NCBI GenBank assembly: GCA_963726745.1
Contig: CAVSDR010000002.1
Span: 256,001 to 320,000 of the forward strand
DNA from: an uncultured Verrucomicrobiae bacterium
Lineage (GTDB): Bacteria > Verrucomicrobiota > Verrucomicrobiia > Chthoniobacterales > UBA10450
Length of the DNA: 64,000 nt
Direction of reading: 5' to 3'
This document shows positions 31,845 to 41,894 of the stretch, piece by piece. Numbering within the stretch: the stretch's first letter is position 1; every line of letters begins with the position of its first letter. Under the pieces are notes generated by a model that was given only the letters and a program-made list of their open reading frames with translations, was not told where the DNA came from and did not search any database. The translations under genes were made by a program, and so were the position numbers.

Positions 31845-32720
31845 ATGAATCCCGCTCTCCTCTGGCGTGCCACCCGCGCTTACTCGCTCCCGGCGAGTGT
31901 CGTTCCAGTCTCGTTAGGCACGGTGCTGGCCGCGCGCGGCTACGGGGCGCTCGGCGGCGGGGCCTTCCACGCCGGCACTTTTGCGCTCACTCTTCTGGGC
32001 GCGATCCTGGCGCACTTCGGCGCGAACGTGCTCAACGATTACTTCGACTTCGTGCAAGGCGTCGACACCCGCCCGGAGCACGGCAGCGGCGTGCTCACGA
32101 GCGGCGCGATGAGTGCGCGCGCTGCGCTCATCTACTCGTTAGTCCTGTTCGCCGGTGCGGCGCTTTGTGCGCTTCTGCTCCTGCGCACGCGCGCGCATAC
32201 GGTCGTGCCGCTGGCGTTCATCGGCTTGTTCTGCGCGGTGGCTTACCCGGCGTTTCTGAAGCGTTTTGGGCTCGGCGACCTGCTCATCATCGTGGCGTTT
32301 GGTTTCGGCCTTACACTCGGGGCCTACGCCGTGCAGGTGGGCGGAATCGACCTGCGCCAGGGGCTGCTGGTGGCGCTCTATTCGCTCCCGGTTTGCCTGC
32401 TGGTCGATGCCATCTTGCACGCTAATAACCTGCGCGATGCGGCCGATGATCGCGCCGCGCGCGTGCGCACCCTGGCGACGATGCTGGGGCCAAAGCTGGG
32501 CCGCGCGCTCCAGCTCGCGCTGCTCTTCGGGCCGCTCGCGTTCATCTTGCTGGCTGTGGCCCTGCGCTTTCTGCCGTGGTGGAGCTTGCTTGCGCTGTTG
32601 GCGACACCGCTGCTCCTGAAAGCCGCCCGCAGCGGCAGTGTGCCCGGGACGGCGCAGGCGCATCTCGTCTTTGGCCTGCTTTACACCGGCGCTTTCTTGC
32701 TCCCGGCGGGCGCTCGTTAG
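31845..32720 (+). CDS. menA: UbiA-family prenyltransferase (MenA-like)
   Basis: R..SLPAS..P, NVLNDYFDF..GVD, NNLRD...D. Confidence 0.8.
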   Translation: MNPALLWRATRAYSLPASVVPVSLGTVLAARGYGALGGGAFHAGTFALTLLGAILAHFGANVLNDYFDFVQGVDTRPEHGSGVLTSGAMSARAALIYSLVLFAGAALCALLLLRTRAHTVVPLAFIGLFCAVAYPAFLKRFGLGDLLIIVAFGFGLTLGAYAVQVGGIDLRQGLLVALYSLPVCLLVDAILHANNLRDAADDRAARVRTLATMLGPKLGRALQLALLFGPLAFILLAVALRFLPWWSLLALLATPLLLKAARSGSVPGTAQAHLVFGLLYTGAFLLPAGAR

Positions 32721-33565
32721 CCCACGGGCCCGAGCGGTTCCGCGCAACGCCGGCAAAACCGCGCCCGCACATCGGCCTCGGTGGTGCCGCAACGCGGGCA
32801 GGCGCGCGCATTCCGCAGTCGGCTGGCTTCGCGCAGCTCAAGCGAGAAAATGCCCGTGGGCACGGCGATGATTCCGTAGCCCATGATCATGATCAAGCTG
32901 GCCACGAACCGGCCCAGCGCGGTCTGCGGGGTAATGTCGCCGTAGCCCACGGTCGTGAGCGTGACGATCGCCCAGTAGACCCCGTGCGGGATGCTATCGA
33001 AGCCGTGCGCTTCGCCCTCGATCAAATACATCGCCGTGCCCATCAGGATCACGAGCGTGAAGACCGCGAAAATGAAGACCAAAATCTTCCGCTGGCTCGA
33101 GCGCAACGCGAGCATCAGCGTGTCCGTCTCCTCGAGGAAATGGGCCAGCTTGAGCACGCGGAAAACGCGCAGCAGACGGAGCACGCGCACCACGATGAGG
33201 TAATTCGCCGTCGTGAAAAGGCTGATGAAACTCGGGAGCACCGCGAGCAGATCGACCACGCCGTAGAAGCTCCAGGCGTAACGTCGCGGCCGCCGCACGC
33301 AGGCCAGGCGCGCGAAATATTCCACCGTGAAGAGCACCGTGAAGATCCACTCGAGCACCCGCAAGAGATGCCCGTAAGCCGCTTCCACCGCGTGCATGCT
33401 CTCGAGCATGACCACGCCCACGCTGCCCGCGATCGCGAAAAGCAGGACAATGTCGAAGGCTTTGCCGGCCGGCGTATCGCTCTCGAAGATGATCTCGAAG
33501 AGAACCCGCCGCCAGGGCGATGCGCCCGCTTCCGGTCGCCACTCGTTAGCCGCGGGCGTCGCCAT
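32717..33565 (-). CDS. Voltage-gated potassium channel family ion transporter
   Basis: S4 RVLRLLRVFRVLK; TLTTVGYGD filter; C-terminal CxxC...CxxC. Confidence 0.92.
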   Translation of the reverse strand: MATPAANEWRPEAGASPWRRVLFEIIFESDTPAGKAFDIVLLFAIAGSVGVVMLESMHAVEAAYGHLLRVLEWIFTVLFTVEYFARLACVRRPRRYAWSFYGVVDLLAVLPSFISLFTTANYLIVVRVLRLLRVFRVLKLAHFLEETDTLMLALRSSQRKILVFIFAVFTLVILMGTAMYLIEGEAHGFDSIPHGVYWAIVTLTTVGYGDITPQTALGRFVASLIMIMGYGIIAVPTGIFSLELREASRLRNARACPRCGTTEADVRARFCRRCAEPLGPVG

Positions 33566-33573
33566 CTCGTCGG

Positions 33574-34386
33574 CTAATCCAGCGGCCGCACAATGTAAGT
33601 CCCCACTTGCTTGTCGGCCTCGAGCTTGAGCAGGCCGCGCTTTTCCGCTTCCTGGAGGACGTCGTTGAACGCGCGGAAGCCGTGGGCCCGCTCGTCGAAG
33701 CCGGGATTGCGCCGCTTGATCGTCTGCTTGATCAGCGATCCGCGAATTTCGTAATCGTCGCCCCGTTCCGCGCGCAGCGCTTCGAGCGTCTGGCTGACTA
33801 ATTCCAGGGCGCGCTCTTCTGAGGGCCCATGCTCGACCGCCGCCGGCTCCGCTGGTTTCGCGACGACACTCTTGGCCGAGGTCCGGCGGCGCCGCGCCAC
33901 TGGTTCCACTCGCACGAGATCATCATAATAGATAAACTCATCGCAGTTATTAATGAAGAGATCGGAGGTGGAACTCTTCACCCCCACGCCGATCACCGTC
34001 TTGTCGTTCTCGCGCAGCTTGCTGACTAAAGGCGAGAAATCGGAGTCGCCGCTGATGACCACAAAGGTGTCGACGTGGCTCTTGGTGTAACAGAGATCGA
34101 GTGCGTCCACGACCATCCGGATGTCGGCTGAGTTCTTGCCCGACTGCCGCACGTGCGGGATTTCGATCAACTCAAAGGCCGCCTCGTGCAGGCCGCGTTT
34201 GAAATCCTTGTAGCGCGCGAAATCGCAGTAAGCCTTCTTGACCACGATGTGGCCCTTGAGCAGGAGACGCTCGAGCACCTTCCCGATCTCGAAGGCCGGG
34301 AACTGCGCATCCTGCGCGCCGCGGGCGATATTCTCGAGGTCGAGATAGACCGCCATGGTCGCGTCGGTGTGAGTGTGATTGGCCAT
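33574..34386 (-). CDS. NYN (LabA/DUF88) domain protein with C-terminal OST-HTH
   Basis: DLENI, KNSADIRMVVDA, SGDSDF.PL, CDEFIYY; P.FDER..GFR.F. Confidence 0.88.
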   Translation of the reverse strand: MANHTHTDATMAVYLDLENIARGAQDAQFPAFEIGKVLERLLLKGHIVVKKAYCDFARYKDFKRGLHEAAFELIEIPHVRQSGKNSADIRMVVDALDLCYTKSHVDTFVVISGDSDFSPLVSKLRENDKTVIGVGVKSSTSDLFINNCDEFIYYDDLVRVEPVARRRRTSAKSVVAKPAEPAAVEHGPSEERALELVSQTLEALRAERGDDYEIRGSLIKQTIKRRNPGFDERAHGFRAFNDVLQEAEKRGLLKLEADKQVGTYIVRPLD

Positions 34387-34447
34387 TACGCTGGCTAAAT
34401 TAGCTGCGCCCCGCGCCGCTGCCTAACGAAAAGAGACGCGGCGCTGC

Positions 34448-34690
34448 CTAGAACTCTTCCGGCGTTTGCTGCGCCGCGAGGAAGATCCCGAGCGCCAGCT
34501 CCGCCGCATAGACTGCGCGCGCGGTTTTCGGATGCGCCGCCAGCTCCTCGGTGGCCGCCTTGGCCAACTCCGGACCGACATGCCACAGGAGCGAATGCCA
34601 GCGCGGCTTGATCAATCCCATGACGCCATCACCGATCAAAAAAAGCGCGCCGGCCTGGACCAGCCGCCGCACTGCGAGGTTGTTTGTCAT
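34448..34690 (-). CDS. Small hypothetical membrane-associated protein
   Basis: 80 aa, IGDGV.GL..PR.H..LW; normal codon usage. Confidence 0.6.
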   Translation of the reverse strand: MTNNLAVRRLVQAGALFLIGDGVMGLIKPRWHSLLWHVGPELAKAATEELAAHPKTARAVYAAELALGIFLAAQQTPEEF

Positions 34691-34735
34691 CCGATCTATT
34701 TGCGCGCAGCCCGGAAAGATTCAAATACTTCAACC

Positions 34736-35252
34736 GTGAGCGCCCCGGCCAAAGTGATCCTCGAGACGGAACGCCTCCGGTTGCGCACGATGTCGACCAC
34801 GGACGCCGCGCTCATCCTTGAGCTCTTGAACGATCCCGCGTTCATCGAGTTCGTAGCCGATCGCGGCCTGCGCACGCTCGAAGATGCCGCGGCTTACATC
34901 GAGAGCCGGGTCTTGCCGAGTTACCAGCTCCACGGCTTCGGCTTCTACGTGGTCGAGCGAAAATCAGACGGCGAGCTCATCGGCATCTGCGGGCTTGGTC
35001 AAACGCGATGGGCTTGAGGATGTCGACCTGGGGTTTTCCATTCGGCGGGAATTTTGGGGCCAGGGCTACGCCACCGAAGCCGCGCGTGCGGTGCGCGACC
35101 TCGGCGCGTCCACCTTCCAGCTTCCGCGCATTGTAGGCCTGGTCTCGGAACGCAATGTCCGCTCCATCGCCGTGCTCGAAAAGCTCGGCTGGCGGCACCG
35201 AGAAACCGTCCAGCTTCCCGGGCAGCCGCACCCGAGCAGAGTCTTCGCTTGA
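34736..35252 (+). CDS. GNAT (RimJ/RimL) acetyltransferase (frameshift near 34995)
   Basis: LETERLRLR, IGICGL / VKRD.L.DVDLGF, WGQGYATEA, N.RS..VLEKLG. Confidence 0.85.
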
Positions 35253-35283
35253 GTTTCCAGGCCGCGCGCGCCTATTGAGCGCC

Positions 35284-36039
35284 GTGAGCAGCAGCCTGCG
35301 CCTCGGAGTGAATGTCGACCATGTCGCGACCCTGCGGCAGGCGCGCTATGCGGCCATGCCCGATTCACGCAACGCCGAGCCGGACCCGGTGACGATCGCG
35401 AGCATTTGCGAACACGCCGGCGCCCACGGGATTACCGCGCACCTGCGCGCCGACCGCCGCCACATGCAGGATCGCGATCTGGAACGCTTGCGCGCGAACG
35501 TGATGACCAAACTCAATTTCGAGATGGGAAACACGCCGGAGATTGTCGACTTCGCCCTGCGCATCGTGCCGGATGAAGTCTGCCTGGTGCCGGAGAAACG
35601 CGAGGAGGTTACGACCGAGGGCGGGCTCGACCTGGTGAAGCACGCGCGCGAGCTCGCACCGACCATCAAACGCCTGCATGCGGCCGGTATTCGCGTGAGC
35701 ATGTTCATTGACCCGGAACTCGCGCAGGTCGAGGCCGCGGTCTCGTTAGGCGCCGACATCGTGGAGCTGCACACCGGAAAATTAGCCAACGCTTTCACCG
35801 AGAAATTCGAGAAGCAGGAACTGGAACGCCTGCGCGAAGCCGCCGTGCGCGCCTTCAATTTCAACCTCCAGGTCAACGCCGGCCACGGGATCAACTACCG
35901 GAATATTGTCCGCATCCACAAGATCCCGCACCTGACCGAACTGAACATCGGCCACTCGATCGTGGCGCGAGCCGTCTTCACCGGCTTCGAGGCGGCGGTC
36001 AAGGAGATGCTCGCGGCGATGGAGGGCTACAAGGGGTGA
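35284..36039 (+). CDS. pdxJ: Pyridoxine 5'-phosphate synthase
   Basis: LGVNVDHVATLR.AR, HLR.DRRH, LVPEKREE.TTEGGL, ELHTG, AGHG, ELNIGH. Confidence 0.95.
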   Translation: MSSSLRLGVNVDHVATLRQARYAAMPDSRNAEPDPVTIASICEHAGAHGITAHLRADRRHMQDRDLERLRANVMTKLNFEMGNTPEIVDFALRIVPDEVCLVPEKREEVTTEGGLDLVKHARELAPTIKRLHAAGIRVSMFIDPELAQVEAAVSLGADIVELHTGKLANAFTEKFEKQELERLREAAVRAFNFNLQVNAGHGINYRNIVRIHKIPHLTELNIGHSIVARAVFTGFEAAVKEMLAAMEGYKG

Positions 36040-36422
36040 GCGTCCTCGGCATCGGCGTCGATATCGTGGAAACCGTCCGCATCGAGCATTCCCTCGAGCG
36101 TTTCGGCGAGCGCTTCCTCCACCGCATTTTTACTGAAGGCGAGATCGCCTATTGCCAGTCGATGAAGTATCCCGCGCGCCATTTCGCCGCCCGCTTCGCG
36201 GCCAAGGAAGCGGTCTCGAAAGCTTTTGGCACCGGCATTGGGAAGGCGATGGGCTGGCGCGACATCGACGTGCACCGCAAGGAAAGCGGCGAGCCGTTCG
36301 TGGTCCTCGAAGGCGGCGCCAAAGCGCTGGCGGCGGAGCGCCATGTCTCCGCGGTCTGGATCAGCCTCAGCCACACCGATCATCACGCCACCGCGATGAT
36401 CGTGCTCGAGCGCTCGGCTTGA
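36036..36422 (+). CDS. acpS: Holo-ACP synthase
   Basis: GIGVDIV, FAAKEA..KA.GTG, ISLSH. Confidence 0.95.
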   Translation: MSVLGIGVDIVETVRIEHSLERFGERFLHRIFTEGEIAYCQSMKYPARHFAARFAAKEAVSKAFGTGIGKAMGWRDIDVHRKESGEPFVVLEGGAKALAAERHVSAVWISLSHTDHHATAMIVLERSA

Positions 36423-36426
36423 CTCG

Positions 36427-37029
36427 TTAGGCGCGCCGACGGCGCAGCCGGGCGAGGCCGAGCGCGCCGCACCCGATGGCCAGGAGCGCCAGGCTCGAGC
36501 CCAGCTCCGGCGCGGCCGCCGGCAGGAGGAAGCCCCGAATTTCACCGCTCGGAAACACGCTCGTGTGAATATTCAGGTAGGCCTTGCCGGCGATAATCGC
36601 GGCCACAAAGGCGTTCTCCGCGCCCGCGGCGGTGCCGCCGTTGGCGGTCACATAGGCCGGGTTCCAGGTGCTCGATTGACTCATGTCGAAGGTATTGCTG
36701 TAGCTGCCGCTGGTGACGCCGGTGGGGAAACCGGAAAAGGTCGGCGTCTGCGTGGCGACGCCGGCGGTCCCGGTGCCGGGGGTCGCAGTCGCGGCATGGA
36801 TGTGCGCCGCGGTGGTCGTGCCCGAGAGATTGCTGAAGGAAAACTGCACCTGCAGCATGTGCGTCGCCGGATTGATCGTCACCGTGGTGAAGCCGGTCCC
36901 GACGGAGGCATTGGGAGGCGACTCCGCTGGACCGGAGAGGAAGGCGGTGAAGACCTGGGCTTCACTGCGCGAGACGTAGCAGAGGAGGGCGAGCGCGAGG
37001 GGCGCCGCCAGGGAAGTGCGAAGTTTCAT
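36427..37029 (-). CDS. CHRD-domain protein with PEP-CTERM/VPDSG-like sorting tail
   Basis: LSG..E.PP, AAHIH, AYLNIHT..FP.GEIRG; tail APELGSSLALL...RLRRRRA. Confidence 0.85.
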   Translation of the reverse strand: MKLRTSLAAPLALALLCYVSRSEAQVFTAFLSGPAESPPNASVGTGFTTVTINPATHMLQVQFSFSNLSGTTTAAHIHAATATPGTGTAGVATQTPTFSGFPTGVTSGSYSNTFDMSQSSTWNPAYVTANGGTAAGAENAFVAAIIAGKAYLNIHTSVFPSGEIRGFLLPAAAPELGSSLALLAIGCGALGLARLRRRRA

Positions 37030-37093
37030 CTGGGAGAGAGTCCTTTCGTGGTGGGAGGTTGCTGGCCTTCATACCAAGACCGCCGGCGCCACC

Positions 37094-38749
37094 TCAAGAC
37101 TTATCGTTAGGCCGCGGAGCCACTCGGAGCAGGACCACTCCATGACCGGGGACGGTGCTTTCAAAGAAGTCCGCGAAAACCCCGAGGTCCTGCTGTCGCC
37201 AAAGGTCGCGCACTGCCGGCGCGCCGGTCAGTCCGAGGCTGGACCAGGTCACCCGGACGGTCGTCGGCTGCGTGCCGCGATTAAAAAGGCCCACCGCCCA
37301 CGAGCCATCAGCCAGCACTTTGGCAAAAATATCCGTCTGCCAGCCGCCGCCCACGCGCGTGGCCTGTTTGCCGAGCGCATCCTGGTCGACCTCGAGCACC
37401 TCGTCATTCGTCAGCAGGCCGAGGGTAAAGGGATCCAGCTTCTCGAGGTCGCAACCGAGCAGAAGCGGTCCGCCAAGCAGACACCAAAGGCTCATGTGCG
37501 CATATTGCTCATCGGAGGAGAGCCGTGTTGGCCGCATCTCCTTGCCCCAACCGAGCGTCCCGAGCACGAGCATGTCGGCATCGTTGTAATGCCCGGGACG
37601 TTGCCAGCGCGCCCAACGATCGCGCGTGAATCCGGAGCGCACCACGTCCCGCCACGAATCCTTCACATCACCCGAAGTCCGCCAGGCCTGGGCCAGCGGG
37701 GCGATCTCCCCGGCCAGCGAAAACGGCGTGTTATTGGCTACGCTCAAGACAATGTCGCGCCCGGCACTGGCAAGGGCGCGGGCCATCTCCGCGGTATGTG
37801 GCCGGTCCACCGGCACCCAATCATACTTCACGTAATCGACGCCCCAGGCGCTCCATTGCCGCACATCCTGAGTGACGAAGGACACCTGGCCAAAGGTCCG
37901 CAACTTCCGCGTGATCGCTTCCATCCAGCGCTCGCGGCGCCATCGGGTCAGCGGCTGGAGCCAGGAAAATTTAGCCAGCCACATCTCCGGTTCCCGGGGG
38001 AAACGGAACTTGAAAAATTGGTTGTGCTGCCCGCGCTCGATCCAGTCGTAGTGGCCGTCGGCGGTATCCGCGCTCGAGCCGATCTGCCCGTAGAAACTTG
38101 TCCGCCAAGGCGTCGAGTAAATCCCGAGCTTCAGGCCTAACGAATGCAAATCCGCTGCCAGCTTTCCGATGTCGGTGAACTTCGCGTTTGGCTGGATGGC
38201 GTTAAAAGGGCCGCCGCGCACCCCTTGCCAACCATCGTCGATGTTCACGTAGGTCCACCCATGATCGCGCAGCCCGCTGCGCACCAGCGCCTGCGCCGCC
38301 GCGCGCACTTTCTCCTCGGTGACGGTCCCGCCCCAGGCGTTCCAACTGTTCCAGCCCATCGGCGGCGTAAGGGCGATCTCGTCGCCCACCACGATCGTGA
38401 GCGTGCGCTCGGCGGTGCCGCGGGCGTTGCGCGCGCGCAGCAGAACCTCGTGCCGCCCGGCATCTGCGAGTTGTCCGGTGATCAAGCCGCTCTCCGGGTC
38501 TAACGAAAGGTTAGACGGCAAGTTCACCGCCTCGAATTGCATCGGCCGCTCGCCGCTGGCCGCGATCTGGAAGAGGAAAGGGGATCCCGGGCGCACGCCG
38601 AAAACTCGCGCGCCATGGATCCGCGGCGCGGGCGGCGCGGGCGGCGTGAGGATGGGAAACGCGTCCGGCTTTTCGGCCGGGCCGCACGCCGTCGCGCCGA
38701 GGCAAAACGCGGCCAGCACCAGCCGCGCGCAGTTGCGTTTCCCCTTCAT
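37094..38749 (-). CDS. GH27 alpha-galactosidase with N-terminal Ig-like domain, probable lipoprotein
   Basis: TPPMGWNSWN, NIDDGWQ, WGVDYVKYDW, WRTSGD, NDADML; lipobox-like ATAC. Confidence 0.9.
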   Translation of the reverse strand: MKGKRNCARLVLAAFCLGATACGPAEKPDAFPILTPPAPPAPRIHGARVFGVRPGSPFLFQIAASGERPMQFEAVNLPSNLSLDPESGLITGQLADAGRHEVLLRARNARGTAERTLTIVVGDEIALTPPMGWNSWNAWGGTVTEEKVRAAAQALVRSGLRDHGWTYVNIDDGWQGVRGGPFNAIQPNAKFTDIGKLAADLHSLGLKLGIYSTPWRTSFYGQIGSSADTADGHYDWIERGQHNQFFKFRFPREPEMWLAKFSWLQPLTRWRRERWMEAITRKLRTFGQVSFVTQDVRQWSAWGVDYVKYDWVPVDRPHTAEMARALASAGRDIVLSVANNTPFSLAGEIAPLAQAWRTSGDVKDSWRDVVRSGFTRDRWARWQRPGHYNDADMLVLGTLGWGKEMRPTRLSSDEQYAHMSLWCLLGGPLLLGCDLEKLDPFTLGLLTNDEVLEVDQDALGKQATRVGGGWQTDIFAKVLADGSWAVGLFNRGTQPTTVRVTWSSLGLTGAPAVRDLWRQQDLGVFADFFESTVPGHGVVLLRVAPRPNDKS

Positions 38750-38769
38750 TCTTCGAATCTCTCGGCTCG

Positions 38770-40301
38770 ATGCCGAAGACTTTTTATCTCACGACTGCGA
38801 TCGATTACACCAATGGCGCGCCGCACATCGGGCACGCCTACGAGAAGGTGTTGGCCGACGTGCTCGCCCGCTTCCATCGCCTCCAGGGCGAGGAGGTTTT
38901 CTTTCTCACGGGAGTCGATCAACACGGCCAGAAGGTGCAGCAATCGGCCGAAAAAGCAGGCGTCCCGCCGCAGGAATTTGTCGACGAGCTCACGGCAAAG
39001 TTTCTCGCGCTCTGGGAAAAACTCGACGTGCGCTACGACCGTTGGGCCGCCACGACCGACCCGCTGCACCGGGCGTGCGTGCAAGGGAATTCTCCAGCGC
39101 CTCTTCGACGAAGGCCAGATCTACAAGGACAAGCAGGACGGCTTCTACAGCGTGCGGCAGGAGCAATTTCTGACCGACAAGGAGCGCGGGCCGGACGGCG
39201 AATTCGGTCCCGAGTGGGGCGAGGTCGAGCAGCGGACCGAGGAAAACTACTACTTCAAACTCGCGGAGCACAGGGACTGGCTGCTCGCATATCTCCGCGC
39301 GCCATCCGGACTGTGTCACGCCCGACTTCCGCCAGACCGAGCTGATCAACGCGGTCGAGAAATTAGGCGGCGACCTCTGCATTTCGCGGCCGAAATCACG
39401 GCTGAGCTGGGGGATCGAGCTGCCCTTCGACCGCGACTACGTGAACTACGTCTGGTTCGACGCGCTCACGAATTACATCAGCTTCATCGGCTACGATCCG
39501 GCGCAGCGAGAGTTTGCGCAGCAGCCAGCGGAGTTCCGGGAGAAATGGCCCGCGCTGCACATCATCGGCAAGGACATCCTGATCCCGGCGCACGGGATTT
39601 ACTGGCCGATCATGCTCCACGCGCTCGGCTTCCCCGATGAGCAAATGCCGAAGTTCCTCGTGCACGGCTGGTGGAACATCAGCGGCGCAAAGATGAGCAA
39701 GTCGTTAGGCAACGTGATCGATCCCGATGAACTGGCGGATAAATACAGCCCGGAGGCCCTGCGCTATTATTTAACCAGCGACATCGTCACCGGGAAGGAC
39801 GCGGATTTCTCCGAGGAACGCCTGACTACCCGCTTCAATTCCGAGCTCGCAAATTCGTTAGGCAACCTGCTCAACCGCGGCCTGGCGATGATCTGGAAGT
39901 TTCGCGAAGGCCAGCTCGTGCGCGCGGCGGTGCCGGGCGAAGAATTGAACCCGGGCCCGGAAACGATGGTCACGGCGCTGCGGCTGGCGGGCGATTGCAA
40001 CGAGCGGATCGACAGTGAAAAGCCGTGGGTGCTCGCGAAAGATCCGGAGAAGCAGGCTCAGCTCGACGCCTTGCTTTACCGCCTGGCCGATTCGCTCCGG
40101 CTGATCGCGATTCTCATTTCGCCGGTGCTGCCAAAAGCAGCGCACGGCATTTTCGACCAGCTCAACTGGAAGATGGAACAGGCCGGGCAGGAGGCGCGCT
40201 TCTCGTTAGGCGATGCGGTCTGGGGTCAGCTGCCGGACGGCCACCAGGTGAGCAAACCGACGCCGCTTTTCCCGCGGATTGAAATCAAGCCACCGGCCTA
40301 A
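38770..40301 (+). CDS. metG: Methionyl-tRNA synthetase, short form (frameshifts near 39085 and 39300)
   Basis: YLTTAIDY.NG.PHIGH, YVWFDAL.NY, GKDI, KMSKSLGN. Confidence 0.93.
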
Positions 40302-40660
40302 CGAATCCCGGTGTCGCAGGTCCATTCGACCGCGGTCATCTTGCCGGCAGTGACCTCGACCTCGAACGGCCCGTAGCGCCCGATGCGTGCCGCCGGTCCC
40401 TTGCGTGCGACTGTGTAATGGCCGGGCGGAACGGTCACGCGAAACGCGCCCTGCGCATCGGTGGTGAAAGCGGCCACAGTTTTCTCGCCCTGCTGCACGA
40501 CGAACTCCACCCGGCTGAGCGGCGCGCTGTCCGGCACCCCGAGGCGGCTCGGTCCGCCCCGCGCCGGGCTCACGGAAATGACGCCGGCGATCCCGGTTTC
40601 GTCGGGCGCGGCCTGCAGGAGGGCGCAGGCGAGCAAGCTCAGGAAAAAGAACGTGCGCAT
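40298..40660 (-). CDS. Secreted carboxypeptidase-regulatory-like (beta-sandwich) domain protein
   Basis: Signal peptide; TTDAQG.FRV..PPG.Y; ends DTGIR. Confidence 0.65.
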   Translation of the reverse strand: MRTFFFLSLLACALLQAAPDETGIAGVISVSPARGGPSRLGVPDSAPLSRVEFVVQQGEKTVAAFTTDAQGAFRVTVPPGHYTVARKGPAARIGRYGPFEVEVTAGKMTAVEWTCDTGIR

Positions 40661-40682
40661 GGCGAGAGCATGCCGCGAAAAG

Positions 40683-41894
40683 TCACTGCGTGCACTCTTC
40701 AAACGCGGCCGGTTCGCCGCGCAGATGCGCCAGCGCTTCACCCGCGAGATGGAGCGACCCGGCGATTAAAACCGGGCGCGCCATCTTGCTGGCTAAATCG
40801 ATCGCAGCGCCCGTCGAGTCCGCGAGCGTGGACGGGATTTCCGGGGAAATCTCGGCGACGATCCGCGCCAGTGCCGCCGGCGGCAGCGCCCGCGGGCCGC
40901 GGAATTGCGGGAGAAAAATTGCGGCCGTGATGCCGGCTAATTCTCGAAAAATCGCGGCCGCATCCTTGTCGGTGAAGACACCGAGGATGAGCGCGGCCTG
41001 TTCGCCCGGGAACTCTTCCCGCCAGGTCTGCGCGAGCACGCGCGCGCCCGCGGGATTGTGCGCGCCATCGATCACGGTGCGCGCGGCAAAGCGCTGAAAG
41101 CGCGCCGGCCAGGCGACGTTCGCGAGGCCGCGGCCGAGCGTGGGAAGATCGATCGCAATCTCTGCGGCGGAGAGCGCCGCTGCTGCGAGGGCGGCATTTT
41201 CGCGCTGGTGTTTTCCTGGGAGCGACGAGTCCAGGGCCCCGCGGACGAAAGTCAGCGGCGCGCCGCGTTCCGCCGCCGTTTGCCGTATGACAGCAGCCGC
41301 TTCCGGCAATTGCGGCGCGGAGACGACCGGGATGCCCGGCTTGATGATGCCGGCTTTCTCGCGCGCGATTTCGCGGAGGGTGGAGCCGAGCCATTTCTGG
41401 TGATCGAGCGCGATCGGCGTGAGCACGGAGACGATGGGCGTGACCGCGTTGGTCGCATCGAGGCGGCCGCCCATGCCGGTCTCGAGGACCGCAAAAGCGC
41501 ACGCGCGTTCCGCGAAATGAAGCAGGCCGAGCGCGGTCGCGATTTCAAAAAATGTCGGGTGCGGATCCCACTCGGCCACGAGCGCGCGGATGCGCGTGAG
41601 ACCGCGCGCGACCTCCGTTTCCGCGATCATCTCGCCGTCTACCTGGATGCGTTCGCGGAAGGTGACGAGGTGCGGCGAAGTGAAGCGGCCGGTGCGATGG
41701 CCGGCCGCGCGGAGAATGGCATCGAGCATCGCGCAGACGGAGCCTTTGCCGTTCGTCCCGGCGACGTGGAGGATGCGCTGGCCCGCCGCAGGCAGCTCGA
41801 GCGCGCGCAGCAGGCGCTGGATGTTTTCCAGGCCGAGCTTGATTCCGAAAAGCTGCGTCCCGAAAAGCCAGGCGAGCGCCTCGCGATAGTTCAC
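40683..41894 (-). CDS. folC: Folylpolyglutamate/dihydrofolate synthase
   Basis: HVAGTNGKGS, FTSPHL..FRERI, ETGMGGRLDATN, EKAGIIK, DGAHN. Confidence 0.95.
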   Translation of the reverse strand: MNYREALAWLFGTQLFGIKLGLENIQRLLRALELPAAGQRILHVAGTNGKGSVCAMLDAILRAAGHRTGRFTSPHLVTFRERIQVDGEMIAETEVARGLTRIRALVAEWDPHPTFFEIATALGLLHFAERACAFAVLETGMGGRLDATNAVTPIVSVLTPIALDHQKWLGSTLREIAREKAGIIKPGIPVVSAPQLPEAAAVIRQTAAERGAPLTFVRGALDSSLPGKHQRENAALAAAALSAAEIAIDLPTLGRGLANVAWPARFQRFAARTVIDGAHNPAGARVLAQTWREEFPGEQAALILGVFTDKDAAAIFRELAGITAAIFLPQFRGPRALPPAALARIVAEISPEIPSTLADSTGAAIDLASKMARPVLIAGSLHLAGEALAHLRGEPAAFEECTQ

